Shown here: piece after piece, positions 63,906-64,000 of the stretch
Layout of the letters: each line of letters opens with the position of its first letter
Numbering within the stretch: the stretch's first letter is position 1
DNA from: Perkinsela sp. CCAP 1560/9
Taxonomy: Eukaryota > Protista > Euglenozoa: Kinetoplastea
Reading direction: 5' to 3'
Length of the DNA stretch: 64,000 nucleotides
Assembly (NCBI GenBank): GCA_965644495.1
Contig: CBFFSA010000003.1
Coordinates: forward strand, 868,001 to 932,000
The notes under the pieces: model-generated
Told to the model about the DNA's origin: nothing
The model's database searches: none
What the model saw: the letters and a program-made list of their open reading frames with translations, nothing else
Made by a program: the position numbers and the translations under genes

Positions 63906-64000
63906 AGAGATGAGTGTTCACCATTTCTTGAAAACACCTTTATTTTCCAAATAACGCATCATCAAAGTGCTGTACGCATTATCAATGTGCTATGTGAATT

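Noticed and set aside
1-64000. tRNA, rRNA or U snRNA genes; alternative genetic code
   Set aside because: No cloverleaf, rRNA or snRNA signature was recognised by eye. TAA, TAG and TGA all terminate conserved genes at expected positions.

Overview
This window is eukaryotic and almost certainly from a kinetoplastid (euglenozoan) nuclear genome. About 29 intron-free housekeeping and family genes lie head-to-tail on the + strand across all 64 kb, as expected for a polycistronic directional cluster. The long trypanosome-type mitochondrial uL29m and a genomic copy of the euglenozoan spliced-leader core at ~62.94 kb support this. The compact, divergent genes, the expanded 24-aa LRR family and the many DNA transposons suggest an early-branching, Perkinsela-like lineage rather than a trypanosomatid (inference). 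Recognisable genes are Rpn6, FPGS, UBA3 (split by a +1 frameshift), MRPL47, CstF-77, Pus3, a PC-esterase/SGNH protein, CCDC28-like, a METTL2/6 methyltransferase, a CDK, a MAPK, LMBR1, four LRR proteins, two DnaJ-X proteins, TatSF1/Cus2, SmE, SmD3, LSm2 and a twin-CX9C protein. Transposon islands lie at 10.3-11, 21.3-23.8, 28.5-30.3, 35.5-46 and 61.9-64 kb. They hold decayed Tc1-like (DD35E), pogo, hAT, Merlin-like, DIRS-like RNase H, gag-knuckle and RLE-type non-LTR pieces plus many MITEs with definable TIRs and TSDs. The most interesting signals are: a spliced (GT-less) SL exon heading a structured segment inside an inverted-repeat-bounded element; a pogo transposase apparently fused to a Ulp1 protease; a 20x YPTGSS CTD-like repeat in an RRM/CID-like protein; sharp C-to-G skew flips inside genes; a triplicated 71-nt C/D-box-like unit; and a cluster of spliceosomal genes. 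All calls come from motif recognition by eye; no database searches were run.
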